From positions 164,369,741 through 164,433,740 of the forward strand of contig CM041465.1 in the NCBI GenBank assembly GCA_023213395.1: a stretch of DNA of 64,000 bases, in the 5' to 3' direction. Every line of letters begins with the position of its first letter. Within the stretch, counting starts at the first letter, position 1. The translations under genes and the position numbers were made by a program. This stretch comes from Cycas panzhihuaensis (Eukaryota > Plantae > Cycadophyta). Below, piece after piece: positions 52,343 through 64,000 of this stretch. The notes under the pieces are model-generated. The model saw nothing but the letters and a program-made list of their open reading frames with translations, made no database searches and was not told the DNA's origin.

Positions 52343-53306
52343 TTAGGGCTGCTCCTGCAGTCCCGTTGTCTCAGTTGCCTTCAACATGTCCTCGTTAATC
52401 TGGGTCAGAGTTGCTATGATGGCATCTTTCTCCTTGATCTTTTCTTGTAGCTCTATAATTTGTGCCCTGTACCCTTGTTCTAACTCTTGGAGTGCTTGAA
52501 TTGTAAATGTGCCCTTCTCACTTAGGGCTGGCTGAGAAGAACCCTTCCCTGGCTCAGATGTTGCTTGGAGGATATCTGTTTCACACTCTGGAGGTAATTC
52601 TTCTTTTGCAGGTTGTTCTCTGCTTCTTTTTTGGGCCCTTTTCGTTGTTTGTTTTTGTCGGTGTGGGTAGGAAGTGCCTAGTTTGTGTTGTACCCATTTG
52701 AGAACTTTTGTCATTTCCGCCTTAACTTGACACTTTACTCCTGCATCCTGAACGCTGCTAGGCATGGTGTTAACTCATTTCTTTATCACTGGTTCTCCTG
52801 GTTGGATGGATAGTAAAGGAAGATGGATGTTTGGACATTGATGAAATAATAGTGCAAGTAGAAGTGATGGTTGCTTGAAGAGGTGATTTTGCAATTCCTC
52901 CAACTGTTGCTCCATGCTGTTGGCCATAAACTGACACCAATTCATCTTAACTCCATCGCGTAGTGCTAACAATAATGGTATTAAACCTCCTGGAATGTAG
53001 GTATGTTTCTGCTTTAAGAGAAATTTAGATACTAATACTTTGGCTACCCATTGCAACCCTCTGTCCATAATATCAATAATCCTAATGCCTCTTGAGAAGA
53101 CTTGAACGACAAGAGTGCATAATTCTCTTGTCCAGGTTTCCCTATCCGTTTCTGATTTCTTAGTAACCGTGGGGATTTCTTCCTCATTTGATAATCCTGT
53201 GACTTCTTGAATAATAGTTGCATCTAACCTAACGTTTTCTTGATTCCATTTTACTACCACAATGATTTCTTCCATGATTTCTGGATCCCAGTATAAAGGT
53301 GGTGTA
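52343..53306 (-). pseudogene. Element A 3' accessory ORF, C-terminal part (N-terminal part at 63162-63360)
   Basis: ORFs 52775-53275 and 52343-52765 are in the same frame, separated by one TGA; clear homologue of the element B ORF. Confidence 0.75.
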
Positions 53307-53654
53307 TGTTGGGACTAACCCCAATGCTATTAAAAGACCTGTGCGCTTAGGGCCCCTCAAAGCCACCTTTGAGGTCCCCTAGGGCACTTTGAGCCTCCCA
53401 ATAGCCACCAGGAGTTGACACCACTTTATTAAGGTACGCGTTTTCATTTATTATTGTTATTTTTTTAATATATTTTGAATTATATGTCGGCTAACGTGCA
53501 GGTAGGGTGATGGCGCTTGCTGCCTCCCAAAAAACTCTATTTAAAGGGTGGGAATACCCCCTTGGTATTTTTAACAACGCCTACATTCTGAAATCACTTG
53601 TTTTCTCAAAATGCATTCAATCTAACGTCCTGCTCTGCTCCTCTGAATCCATCA
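53307..53654 (+). repeat. 5' LTR of Copia-5
   Basis: TGTTGGG...CCATCA, TATA-like ctatttaaa. Confidence 0.95.
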
Positions 53655-54945
53655 TTTGGTATCAGAGCCAAAGAGGTGCTTGATAATCGTTTATACTGAT
53701 CTAGCTTCTCATACATCTGGCCAAACAGCTGCATATGACTGCTTGTTAGAATCCTGGCAAGCTCACCTGTGTACTGGAGAAGACGGTTTGGAGTTTCGAC
53801 CACTGTGAAAGACGTTCTCATGCTCTGAAGTCAGCACTATAAACCTGTCACAGTTTACCAAGTTCTTCGTGTTTTTTTTTTCAAATACAAATATATATAC
53901 TTTGTTATGTATTTAATATATTTTTGTCAATATATTCAAAGGATCATTTTTTTTGTTTTGTGGCTGCTTTGCAAGGCGTTTCTTTCGATTTATCATTTAC
54001 GCCTTTGAATCTGTTTGTCTGCTCTTTAATCTGAGTGTTGGGTACTCGTTTTGAAATCCTTGGCCACATTATTTTAATCGTTGTGGCTACTCACCTCCCT
54101 ATCGTTGCCTGTCATCTACCTTTCCATTTTCAATACACTGGTCTCCTTGCTCTCCCACGTACTCTTCTTCTTCCTGCACAGTTGATGGTGTTCGGTGAAG
54201 TAGGTGGGAGATCGGCCACTGCCGATATTAACTCCTGTTTCACAGAAGTGGCTGAATCACATTGAATATTTGCCCTTTTTGTTGCTCACATCGGATTTGT
54301 CCTTATTCGCTTTGGATTCCCCCCTTTTGTTTTTGGAATTTAAGCAACAAAGACAACATATTCTTACAACTGCTGAGTTGTTGCTTCATTACCACGAGGA
54401 AAAGATCTCTCCACAACCATTGCTTTTGTAGAGTTGCCCAACAGCCGCTCAAAGAGGTTGCAATCACGACGAATTAGAGAATACAAGGACTCATACAAAA
54501 TCGAACCTCAGCCCCTTCAGTCTCCCAACTGATGTCTTAAGAGGGTCCTGTCTTTGTGCAGGCAATCCAGTCTCCCCGCCCATATGAGCCTTTGCTTCCT
54601 TCACAACCCGACACTTCTAACTCGACAAAAACCGCTTTCACGCTGAACCTCTGGCAACTCAATTACCAATTTCCCTGGATATTTTTCTGATAATCCTTCC
54701 TGCCCTTTCAACTCGATCGTTGGAAACCGATCCAATTAAGCTCAACCCAAGCCATCTTCCGTACCCCCATCTTCCGTACTCATTCGGTGCCATCTTGGTA
54801 TCAACTGTCCTTGTAGGTACCGAAGGCTAATCCATTGGATGAATTTGTTTTCCAGAAGTACATCCATGGAAAGCTTAGAGAGCCACGTCCCAACACACGT
54901 ATTCGAGTACCAATGTCACCTGTAATATGCAGCGAGACTAGATCA

Positions 54946-55485
54946 TTAACAATAGCATCCTTCATCTTCAGAGTGCCTACCTAGCCAAGGCCTTAGTTGG
55001 AACTTGGACTTTTCAGCTTCCCTTTCAATTTCACTGATATAATCTTGCTTCCAGTGTTGTCTTCTGCTCATTACTTTTTCATTCTGATCATCCTCATCAT
55101 TGTTGTCAAACTGTGATCTGTTGGTTGTAGGTGCAACTGACAAGTTACCAGAATCATCTTGTTTAGACTTTCGACACTTACCAAACATACTTTGGTAGCT
55201 AGTCTTACCAGAAGAAGCCTTGTCATACTCATCCTCATCATCATAGTTATCAAACATAGGCTGAGCAACTGTGTATGAAGAATACTTGTCACCTGAATCT
55301 GTTGCACCGCGAGACATTGGCCTCTTTGATGGTGTTACAGGCCTCTCAGCATACTCTTGTTTAGGACCCAGTTTTCCATTCTTAGAAAGAGCATTAGATC
55401 CATACTCATCTCCAACATCATTGTAGCCAATACCTCCGCCACCAGAGAATTTGAGCGTTGGAATAATTTCTGGTTGCAAACACAC
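54946..55485 (-). pseudogene. Antisense acidic, internally repetitive ORF in the Copia-5 leader (largest piece of a possibly longer decayed ORF ~54000-55560); function unknown
   Basis: 179-aa open frame in a higher-GC island; internal repeat DSG..FDN.D.DD...K..S; no in-frame ATG at its start. Confidence 0.45.
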
Positions 55486-55734
55486 ATTTCATTGAAGATT
55501 TTCCGAAGCAGGTAATGCACTCGAGGGGATCCCACGGCTAGAGCTTCATAGGGTATGCAACCATTTATTGAGGCGTATGAGGCAAATATGAGTCAAACTT
55601 AGAGATTCTAGATCTGCCTAATCAGAGAAAGCCTAAATGACGACGAAATTCAAAGCCTCTGATTTGCGCCTCTCTCTTTTTTTTGTCAACTTCATATGCC
55701 TCTTTCTTTCCTTTTATTATTATTATTTTTTTTA

Positions 55735-55761
55735 TATATAATAGTATATATATATATATAT
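55735..55761. repeat. (TA)n microsatellite with flanking poly-T
   Basis: tatataatagtatatatatatatata. Confidence 0.8.
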
Positions 55762-57954
55762 CTTTTTTTTTTTAAGTGTGCCTACTCAGATTGGAAATTC
55801 AAGTTTTTTTCCTTTAGTCTCTTTTCAATTGCATGTGTAGTCTATGAATATCTCTGTATATACACAGCGACGGCGGCGACTTTCACTCATATACATATTT
55901 TTTATAAAGTTTTAAAAAATTAAATTAAATTGAATATTTTTTTGAGATCTGGGCATTTAGAGGGTACTAGCTCCCTTTGGCATTTAGCCCTCAGTCTTCT
56001 AGTTCCTTCATGTAACTGTTATTTTATAACAATGGCCCCTTATTTCACATTTTAAAAAAAAAGTTTTTTGTATTTTAAACTCAATGAGCAAGTTCACCCT
56101 CTCGGCATCAGAGGGGTTTATCTTCTGCAAGATCTTGGGTTCAATCCTTGTCCAGTCTACCCTCAAGTTGATAATCTAAGGGGGTTATCTTAAGGATATA
56201 ACACTTTACCTTTTATTTGTTTTAAATTTTTTTTTAAAGCATAAGGTACTTGGCTATGTTTTGCCATAACTCTTCACTGGGTTATCTGTTTCTGACGAAA
56301 CCTGTCCCATTGAGTCCGAAATTTTCTGAGGTATGATTTCGACTGGTCATATGCCATATTCGGAGCTGATTTGACCCGCTTTCAATCAGTTTAAAATCAA
56401 TCATTATTTTTTAAAGCTTTTTTAAATTATTTTCACAAAATGCCTTTTTTATTAGGTTATATTTTATTACTGAGAGATTACTCTCTACCCGGAACTGTTT
56501 TGCAGTCATTTATTATCAACAAACTTCATCACCATCTATTCATTTTATTTTTTAGGGTTTATTTTAATTATTATTTTAATCAGTGAAAGTGACACTTTAG
56601 CATTTTTAAATATTTTAGCATAAAAGTACTTGCTTCCATTTCTATTATAACTTTTTTGTTTTACATCATAATTCAGATTCGTCAGTTTCGTTGGGAAGCT
56701 GACTCACTCCTCTTCGAACTGACACTATTATTTATAAGTTTTAAAGTGTTTTTGCAGATTTTCAAAGCCATCAAAATTAAGATATAAAACAGTTCTCAAT
56801 TTGTCATTATTACACATTTTTTATATATTATTTGTCAAAGTTTTAAACTGAAAATATATTAAGTAGCTCTTCAAACTCTATTTGATTGTTTTACATTGCT
56901 TTATAAAGTTTTGTACTAGCATTTTATAATATTTTTGAGCCCCAGGCTTCTGTTAAGCCTAAAAAAGAGGACTGCATCTTTGGTACATTAAATTTTGACA
57001 TGCAAGAATCCGTTATCAAAACGGTTAGTTTCATTAACTATATATTTCATTGATCTTTAAACTGATATGATTTCACTTTATTTTAACATTGTTTAGTACA
57101 ACTTTGAAGTTGTTCAACTTGAGCATTCAGTATATCTTAACAGGCTTGTCTTCTAAACTTTTCTTTTAAGGAGTTCTTTATTTTATTTTTTATTGATCAC
57201 TTATACTATATGTTTAAGGCTTTCATTTGACTTTCATATAGCTTCTTTTAACGTTGATTTGTAGCAAAAATTGCTCATATACATCTAAGACAAGTGACAA
57301 ACCAAGTGGACCTGCAACTTAAACAGGTACAATTCATTTTTTTGAAGTTTCTTCTTCATTTTTCTAAAGTAAAAATATACATATATATATTTCAGTTTTC
57401 AGCTTTATATATCTTCTTCAAGGCAAAGAATTTCATGCATTGAAAAAGCAAGTCATTTTCTTGACTCGAAAGTTTGTATTTATTCATTTTAAAAATCAAA
57501 AGGTTAAGAATTCTTTATTTTTTCATCATTAAAGCCTTATTTTAGATTTGCATAGTTAAAGGGATCTTAGTTAAATTCAAAATTTGCTTATATATTCATT
57601 ATATTTCAAAGTTTATCTGAAATTAGATCTTATAAGTTTGCCATTTATTCGAAAGGCACATACTTCTTGAAAGCATTTTTTTATTCATTCTTGTTGGAAA
57701 GTTCATTTATCTCTTGCACTTATAAAGGTTGCATCTAGTTGATTTACTTTTCAAAGGGCATTATATTTTTTCTTTTCAAAAAAATATTTACTTACATATT
57801 TCTTTCAAAGAGCTTATTGTTTATTTTATCTTGCTTAGAGGTCATTATTTTCATTCAATTTTTTTTTCTTTATTGCATAAAAGGAATCTTTTTTAAAACC
57901 CTAAGCAAGACCACACTAATAATTAATTTATTTTTCACATTAAAAAGATAATCC

Positions 57955-58420
57955 CGAATTGAACCACCCTATTTTTCTAGCCTTGCAAGGGGAATGGTTA
58001 GGACCCCTGAAGTTACCACCCCGCACATGCTAATCGGCCTACTCATATTGGATGAGGACAGCCATTAGCTATTAGGTGTATTTGGTGGCAGGGTGAGGTA
58101 TAGAACATGTTCCTTTTATGGTGTTTGGAGACCGAGGCTAGACCTGGAGAGGGTGAGTGCCTTGGTTCGAGAACTTTCACCGCTAGATCTGTTGCTAGGC
58201 ATAAGTCTGGCGCAGGTGGACCAACAACTCAGGGGGTGTAAAAACCTTCTTAGCAGCCCGCATACTGAGGTATATAGAGCCTAGTGCTCATGTACCGATA
58301 TATTGAGTCCCTATTTTGCCATCTGTGGGCAGGCGCCACTAGACAGGATAGCAACCGAAGGTTAGTGCCCTAGGAGAAACTTAAACTTAGAGCTTAGTAG
58401 CCTTTATAGGTCCTAGTTCA
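57955..58420 (+). promoter_or_regulatory. GC-rich multi-hairpin RNA structure candidate just upstream of Copia-5 gag
   Basis: Nested complementary pairs: ccacc/ggtgg, gctaat-ggc/gcc-attagc, ctcat/atgag, ggtga/tcacc, agggggt/accttct, ctattttg/caggatag, gtgg/ccac, aacc/ggtt. Confidence 0.5.
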
Positions 58421-58579
58421 CTTATACAAAACTTTGGGAAAAACTTGGGTTATATTTGGAAGAGAATTTTTACATTGAAACTTTTTTCAAAATTTAAATT
58501 CAAATATCTTTTTTTGATATTCACATTCAGCTTTTGAAATCCCATTTGTGACATTTGATCAACACAACTTTAGTTTAAA

Positions 58580-61500
58580 ATGATGTCTAGTTTTGGGAAC
58601 ATGATTATCCCAAAATTTAATAGAAATAATTTCTTAAACTGGAGTAGGAGGATAAAACCCATACTCATAGCTAACGACATGTGGGACATTGTGAGAACTG
58701 ACTACAACGAATTAGGATCTAATCTATCCGATGCAGAAAAAGTTACCTACAAGAAAAATGTCAAAAAGGATAATGACGCCTTAGCCCTTATCTTTTGTGC
58801 ATTAGAAGACCATGTGCTCCTAAGAGTTAGTGAATCAGGTAAGTCCAAAGAAGCTTGGGACACTTTACAACTAATATATGAAGGAGTAGCCTCCTTTAAA
58901 TTACAAAACCTGAAAAGTAAATTTAAAAATTTACGTATGATGCCCCATGAATCAGTAACGGAATTTATGACCAAAGTCCAAGATATTGTAAACCAAATGA
59001 AGTCACTTGGGGATACCCTAACAGAACAAAGGGTAGTTGAAAGGATCCTTAGAGGTGTAGGAGCTATAAGACGTTTTGAAATGGTAGCTACTAATATCAG
59101 TGTATCAAAAGATCTAAGTACCCTCAAAGTGGAACAACTTAGTGCCATGCTCATGTCTATAGAAGAGCAGCAAAATGCAAATGAATCTTTAGAACATGCC
59201 TTTGCTACAAAGGCCCGCATTCAATCTAACTCCCAAGCAAGAACCTCAAAACAAAAGGAATCTCCTCTAAGAAGAAAAGGTGGAAATCCTAAAAAGGAAA
59301 CTAGACAAGACCCTCCACGATATTAAGCCCCTCACCATAAGAGGCAAGGAGGACCCTAACAACATGAAGATCCCCAAGAAATTCCAATCAAAGGAGATAA
59401 GTTGAGAATCATCCTTGTTGTCCACATTGTCAAGCGAATTCTCAACCTTCAAGATCAACTCAGGAATATCATGACAACCGACCAAGAAACAATCCTCCTA
59501 AATCTTATGAGGAAAGGGGGAGATCTTTCAATATTAATCATTCTCAACCAAGAAGTCGAAGCCTAAGTTATGGGAGAAGAGATTCATTGTATTGTACTTA
59601 TTGCCATAGAAATGGTCACACTGAAGATAAATGTTTTTCAAAACATGGACCACCATTTAGAGGACATGCTTCAAATTCATTAGAATCAAAGGTTAATAAC
59701 AGGTTATTTCTATCCAGTTTTTCTTCTAAGGAAGAAGAGGATGATAGCTGGTATATCGATTTAGGTTGCTCAACCCACATGACCCATAAAGAACATTTAT
59801 TTCAAACCTTGGATAAAAACAGGAAAAGGTCAATCATGTTTGGAGATAATACTTCCCATGAATCAGTTGGGAAAGGTAACATAGCCTTGTTGACTAATAT
59901 TGGTGAATATAGATACTTAGATGATGTCTTATACGTCCCTGCCCTAAGAAAAAACTTGTTATCGATAGGATAGATGATGGGACAAGATTATAAGGTGATT
60001 TTTTACAATGGCGAATGTGTTATCAAAGACAAGAGAAAAAATAAAGCTATTGTTGGCAAAGGTATAATGACTAAAGATCGTTTATTTAAGCTTATCCTCA
60101 CCCCTTCAGATACCTATGCCCTCAGAACTTCAACTACAATAGATAGTGATTTGTGGCATAGACGGTTTGATCACCTTAACTACAACAGCTTGGCTCTTAT
60201 GAAAAGGTTGGATATGGTTAATGGTTTACCACCTATTAATGTTAATAAAAAGTTGTGTGAGGGATACCTTCTTGGCAAACAACATAGAGAAAGCTTTCCG
60301 GATTTTAGCCATCGAGCATCTGCCCCTCTTCAATTAGTATATACAGACATTTGTGGACCGATGACTACTCTCTCCTTAGCAGGTGCAAAGTATTTTCTCA
60401 CATTTATTGATGATTTCACAAGAAAGACATGGGTTTTCTTTCTAAAATATAAATCCGATACTTTCGACCACTTTGTTGACTTCAAAACCTTTGTTGAGCG
60501 ACAAAGTGGATATCATATCCTTTTTCTAAGATCAGATAATGGGGGAGAGTTTACATCTAATGCTTTTAAGGATTATTGTATCCACCATGGGATCAAGAGA
60601 CAATTTACCAACCCCTACACCCCACAACAAAATGGTGTAGCGGAAAGAAAAAATCGAACTATCGTTGAAATGACACGATGTATGCTTAAGGATAAAAACT
60701 TGGGCCATGAATTTTGGGCTGAAGCTGTTCATACAGCTGTCTACCTACTCAATGGATGTTCCACCAAAGCACTTAGGTGGAAAACTCCAGAAGAAGCATG
60801 GACCGGTTATAAACCAAGTATACATCATCTCAAGATATTTGGATGTCTAGCATATGCCCATATTCCTGATCAAAGAAGAACCAAGTTGGACGACCATAGT
60901 GTCAAATGTATCTTTATTGGCTACAGTGAATCTTCTAAATCCTACAAAGTCTATGATTCAAAATCAAGAAAAGTTATGGTAAATAGAGACATCAAATTTC
61001 AGGAAGATACCTACTACCAAGATAATCAGGAAAAGCAGAAGGAGATTGCCATTAAATTTGACACATCAAGTAAGTCCAAATATGTGCCTCCTATGTGGAG
61101 AAATATCCAAGAAACCACTAGGGAGGGAACGTCATTTCAACCTTCCCCACAACATCTACCCAAATGGGTTCATCGCAACCATGATTTGGGAAATATATTG
61201 GATAACAATAGAAGATCCACACGCTCCTGTAAGGTCAACTTTGCCCTAATGAGCAAGGTACTCGAAATTCATGAGCCTCAAACCTTTGATGAGGCTAATC
61301 AACATGAATGTTGGCAGAAAACCATGAAAGAGGAATATAAGGCCATTATTAAGAATGATACTTGGGAACTCGTAGACTTATCACCAAAGAAGAAAGCTAT
61401 TGACACCAAATGGGTCTATAAGACCAAGTTCCACTTAGATGGCTCTATCGACAAATACAAAGCTAGATTGGTCGCAAAAGGATATGCCCAAAGAGAAGGC

Positions 61501-62810
61501 ATAGACTATACAGAAACATTTGCCCCTATCGCTAGGATGGAATCTGTTTGCATGATGATGAGTTTAGCCGCCCAAATGGGTTGGAAAGTTTATCAAATGG
61601 ATGTGAAAAGTGCTTTCTTAAATGATTATGTTAAAGAAGACATCTATGTCACTCAACCCATTGGTTTTGAAGTCGGGGGGAAAGAAAACAAAGTGTACGA
61701 GTTAAAGAAAGCACTATATGGTCTAAAACAAGCACCCAGGGCTTGGTATTCCCGCATAGACAAGTATTTTAGAGATCGAGGGTTTGAAAGATCTCAAGCA
61801 GATCCAAACTTATACACTCAAAATAAGGGAAGTTCAATCTTGATTGTAGGTCTCTATGTCGATGATTTAATTTATACCGGAAATGACTCCCATCCTTTAC
61901 ATCAGTTTAAAGATGCTATGTGTAAGGAATTTGAGATGACAGACTTAGGCCTCATGCATTACTTCCTAGGATTGGAAGTTTGGCAAGACAAACAAGGAAT
62001 CTTCATCTCTCAACACAAATATATATTGGATCTATTACAAAGATTCAGAATGACAAATTGCAAACCATTGATAATACCAGTAGAAATTGGAATCAAACTT
62101 TCTAAGATGGATTACTCAACTTCGGTTGATCCGACTCTCTATAGACAACTCATTGGCAGCCTAATATATTTGACATCTACTCGACTTGATATAACATATT
62201 CAATCAGTGTTGTGTCCAGGTTTATGCAGAATCCAAAGACGTCTCATTGGCAAGCTGCCAAAAGAATCCTTCGATACCTTAAAGGGGCTCTAGATTTTGG
62301 GTTATATTACAAAGTCATATCCAAATTTCAGTTAATTGGTTACACAGATTCAGATTGGGTAGGTGATGTTGATGATAGAAAGTCTACCACATGTTATGTA
62401 TTCAGTATGGGGTCAACAGTAGTAGCTTGCAGTACAAAGAAGCAAAATACCATTTCCTTATCCACAGCCGAGGCAGAGTATAAACTGCAGTTTCAGAAAC
62501 TTATGAATCAATATGGCTAAGAAGACTTTTACAAGATTTTCAAATTAAACAACAAGGTCCCACTAGAATTTGGTGTGACAATCAAAGCACTATCTAAATG
62601 GCCAAAAGTCTGATATTCCATGGCAGAACAAAACATATTGAGACTCAACACCACTTCATTCGAGAACTTGTACAAGCAAATGAGATCGAGTTAGCTTATT
62701 GCAGCACCGAAGATCAGACAATAGATATTTTTACAAAGGCTTTGAAAAAGATCAAATTTGAGAAGTTCAGAGAAAATCTAGGAGTCGCACACATTGGGCT
62801 TATGGGGGAG
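58580..62810 (+). pseudogene. Copia-5 gag-pol with few lesions
   Basis: gag 58580-59326; Zn knuckle CTYCHRNGHTEDKC; protease WYIDLGCSTHM; 848-aa INT/RT/RH ORF 59974-62520; stops at ~59324, ~59971 and ~62595, frameshift at ~62490. Confidence 0.93.
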
Positions 62811-62812
62811 AA

Positions 62813-63161
62813 TGTTGGGACTAACCTCAATGCTATTAAAAGACTTGTGCGCCTAAGGCCCCTCAAAGCCACCTTTGAGGTCCCCTAGGGCACCTTGAGC
62901 CTCCCAATAGCCACCAAGAGCTAACACCACTTTACTAAGGTACCCGTTTTTATTTATTATTGTTATTTTTTTAATATATTTTGAATTATATGTCGGCTAA
63001 CGTGCAGGTAGGGTGATGGCGCTTGCTACCTCCCAAAAAACTCTATTTAAAGGGTGGGAATACCTTCCTGGTGTTTTTTAACATTGCCTACATTCGGAAA
63101 TCACTTGTTTTCTCAAAATGCATTCGATCTAACGTCCTGCTCTGCTCCTCTGAATCCATCA
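62813..63161 (+). repeat. 3' LTR of Copia-5
   Basis: Direct repeat of 53307-53654. Confidence 0.95.
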
Positions 63162-63360
63162 GTTTAGTCACAAAGTCTCCCTATCTAGCTTATTGAATCT
63201 TGGGTTTAAAATCTTCTGAAAGTTCTTCAAATTCTATTTGCAGTTTTGGCACGTAAGTCTCCTGCATCCCAGCGATCTTCATCTTGTTTGAAGGTACATT
63301 CCTTCTCTCGAATGCTTGATGAAATCAATCACCTGCTGGCTGGATTCTGTTCTTCTCCAT
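63162..63360 (-). pseudogene. N-terminal part of the element A accessory ORF
   Basis: MKIAGMQETYVPKLQIEFEELSEDFKPKIQ*AR*GDFVT aligns with element B MKIVGIQETYLPKLRAELKELLASFQEKIK*AGWGDFIM. Confidence 0.75.
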
Positions 63361-64000
63361 ACGTGCGTTTGAAAAATGGAACGCTTCTTAGGGTTTTTCC
63401 CTTATAAACTCCTCCTTCTGGTCCGTTCAGGTCACATTCCTATTTTGGAACGCATATAACACTATGTGTTCCCTGTTTGGAACAATTCCTGCAATCTGTT
63501 ATTACTTTTCTGTTATCCATTCCCTGTTCGGAATGGTTCCCTTTCACCGACTGTTCTTTTGTCTTTCCTCCATTCTTTGGGAGGAACGCATCCTTCATAC
63601 AAGAATTTTTTGCTTTACTTACATTCCTAATTTGGAATGCATAGTGTTATTTGTTCATACTTTTGTCTAGTTTTTATAGTTTTATGAGTTACGCTTGGTT
63701 TTTCAACACTTTATTTTATTTTTTTCTAAGATTTTATGTTTATGTACCGGCGTAGAGTCATGATGTCGTTACTTGGACAACTTTAGTTGTCTCACAACTT
63801 TATGCAACACATATGATACATTCAGCGAACTCATACTGAAATTATTGATGATATATTTTTAGTTTACTGCCATTAACCAAAGCGGGTAGTATGTATCCAT
63901 TTTTGTCACTCAGTTGAACCGATCCATTTTGATATATTCAGTCCACCTAGTAGGGTCCTAACCACCTTGGTTTCAAGTTTCCAGGATGGGTGCGGAACTT

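Larger units (their letters stand above)
53307..63161 (+). mobile_element. Copia-5: youngest, near-intact Ty1/copia with a 4.9-kb 5' leader
   Basis: LTRs 53307-53654 and 62813-63161 (about 20 differences in ~348 bp by eye). TSD GTGTA/GTTTA. PBS tggtatcagagcca at 53657. PPT atgggggagaa. Confidence 0.95.
51022..64000 (-). mobile_element. Element A: 3' end of an Athila-like gypsy (INT C-terminus, accessory ORF, 3' LTR 51022-52247), containing a solo LTR and Copia-5; continues beyond window
   Basis: 63842-64000 reads KFRTHPGNLKPRWLGPY*VD*IYQNGSVQL...VNGSKLKIYHQ* (GPY/F integrase tail). The accessory ORF rejoins across Copia-5 (GDFVT|PPLYWDPEIMEEII). Confidence 0.8.

Noticed and set aside
56130-56160. 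B-box-like GGGTTCAATCC suggesting a tRNA or SINE
   Set aside because: No cloverleaf, A-box spacing or poly-A/TSD could be established.
56285-56335. CTGACGA...GAAA resembling a hammerhead ribozyme core
   Set aside because: Stem II and the flanking stems/cleavage triplet could not be paired.
58747-59220. 157-aa antisense ORF
   Set aside because: Shadow frame of Copia-5 gag with no independent features.

Overview
AT-rich land-plant DNA (large-genome type, e.g. gymnosperm or fern; taxon not determinable) made almost entirely of nested, mostly decayed LTR retrotransposons. The only host gene visible is the 3' end of a peroxisomal acyl-CoA dehydrogenase (IBR3/ACAD10-11 family; last two exons 38612-38803 and 38971-39075, minus strand, C-terminal ARL). 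Left of it is one nest. A Ty1/copia element (Copia-1) is hit by two chromoviral gypsies and by Copia-2. Copia-2's 3' LTR is split by a 20-kb Athila-like gypsy, which itself contains another chromovirus and Copia-3. Right of the gene, apparently inside an intron of at least 25 kb, is a deeper nest: gypsy relic > Athila-like Gypsy-5 > Copia-4 > element B > element A > solo LTR and Copia-5. Most junctions are supported by TG..CA ends, PBS/PPT and 5-bp target-site duplications (TSDs). Four observations stand out. (1) Two independent Athila-like elements carry two extra tandem capsid-NTD-like domains inside Pol, between protease and RT. (2) Three Athila-like elements share a homologous, apparently spliced 3' accessory ORF, in one case next to a 1.7-kb array of the palindrome GTTGCAAC. 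(3) The youngest copia has a 4.9-kb leader containing an antisense ORF and a highly structured RNA domain. (4) A 360-bp fold-back lies inside a gypsy pol. All alignments were done by eye; element names are local labels.
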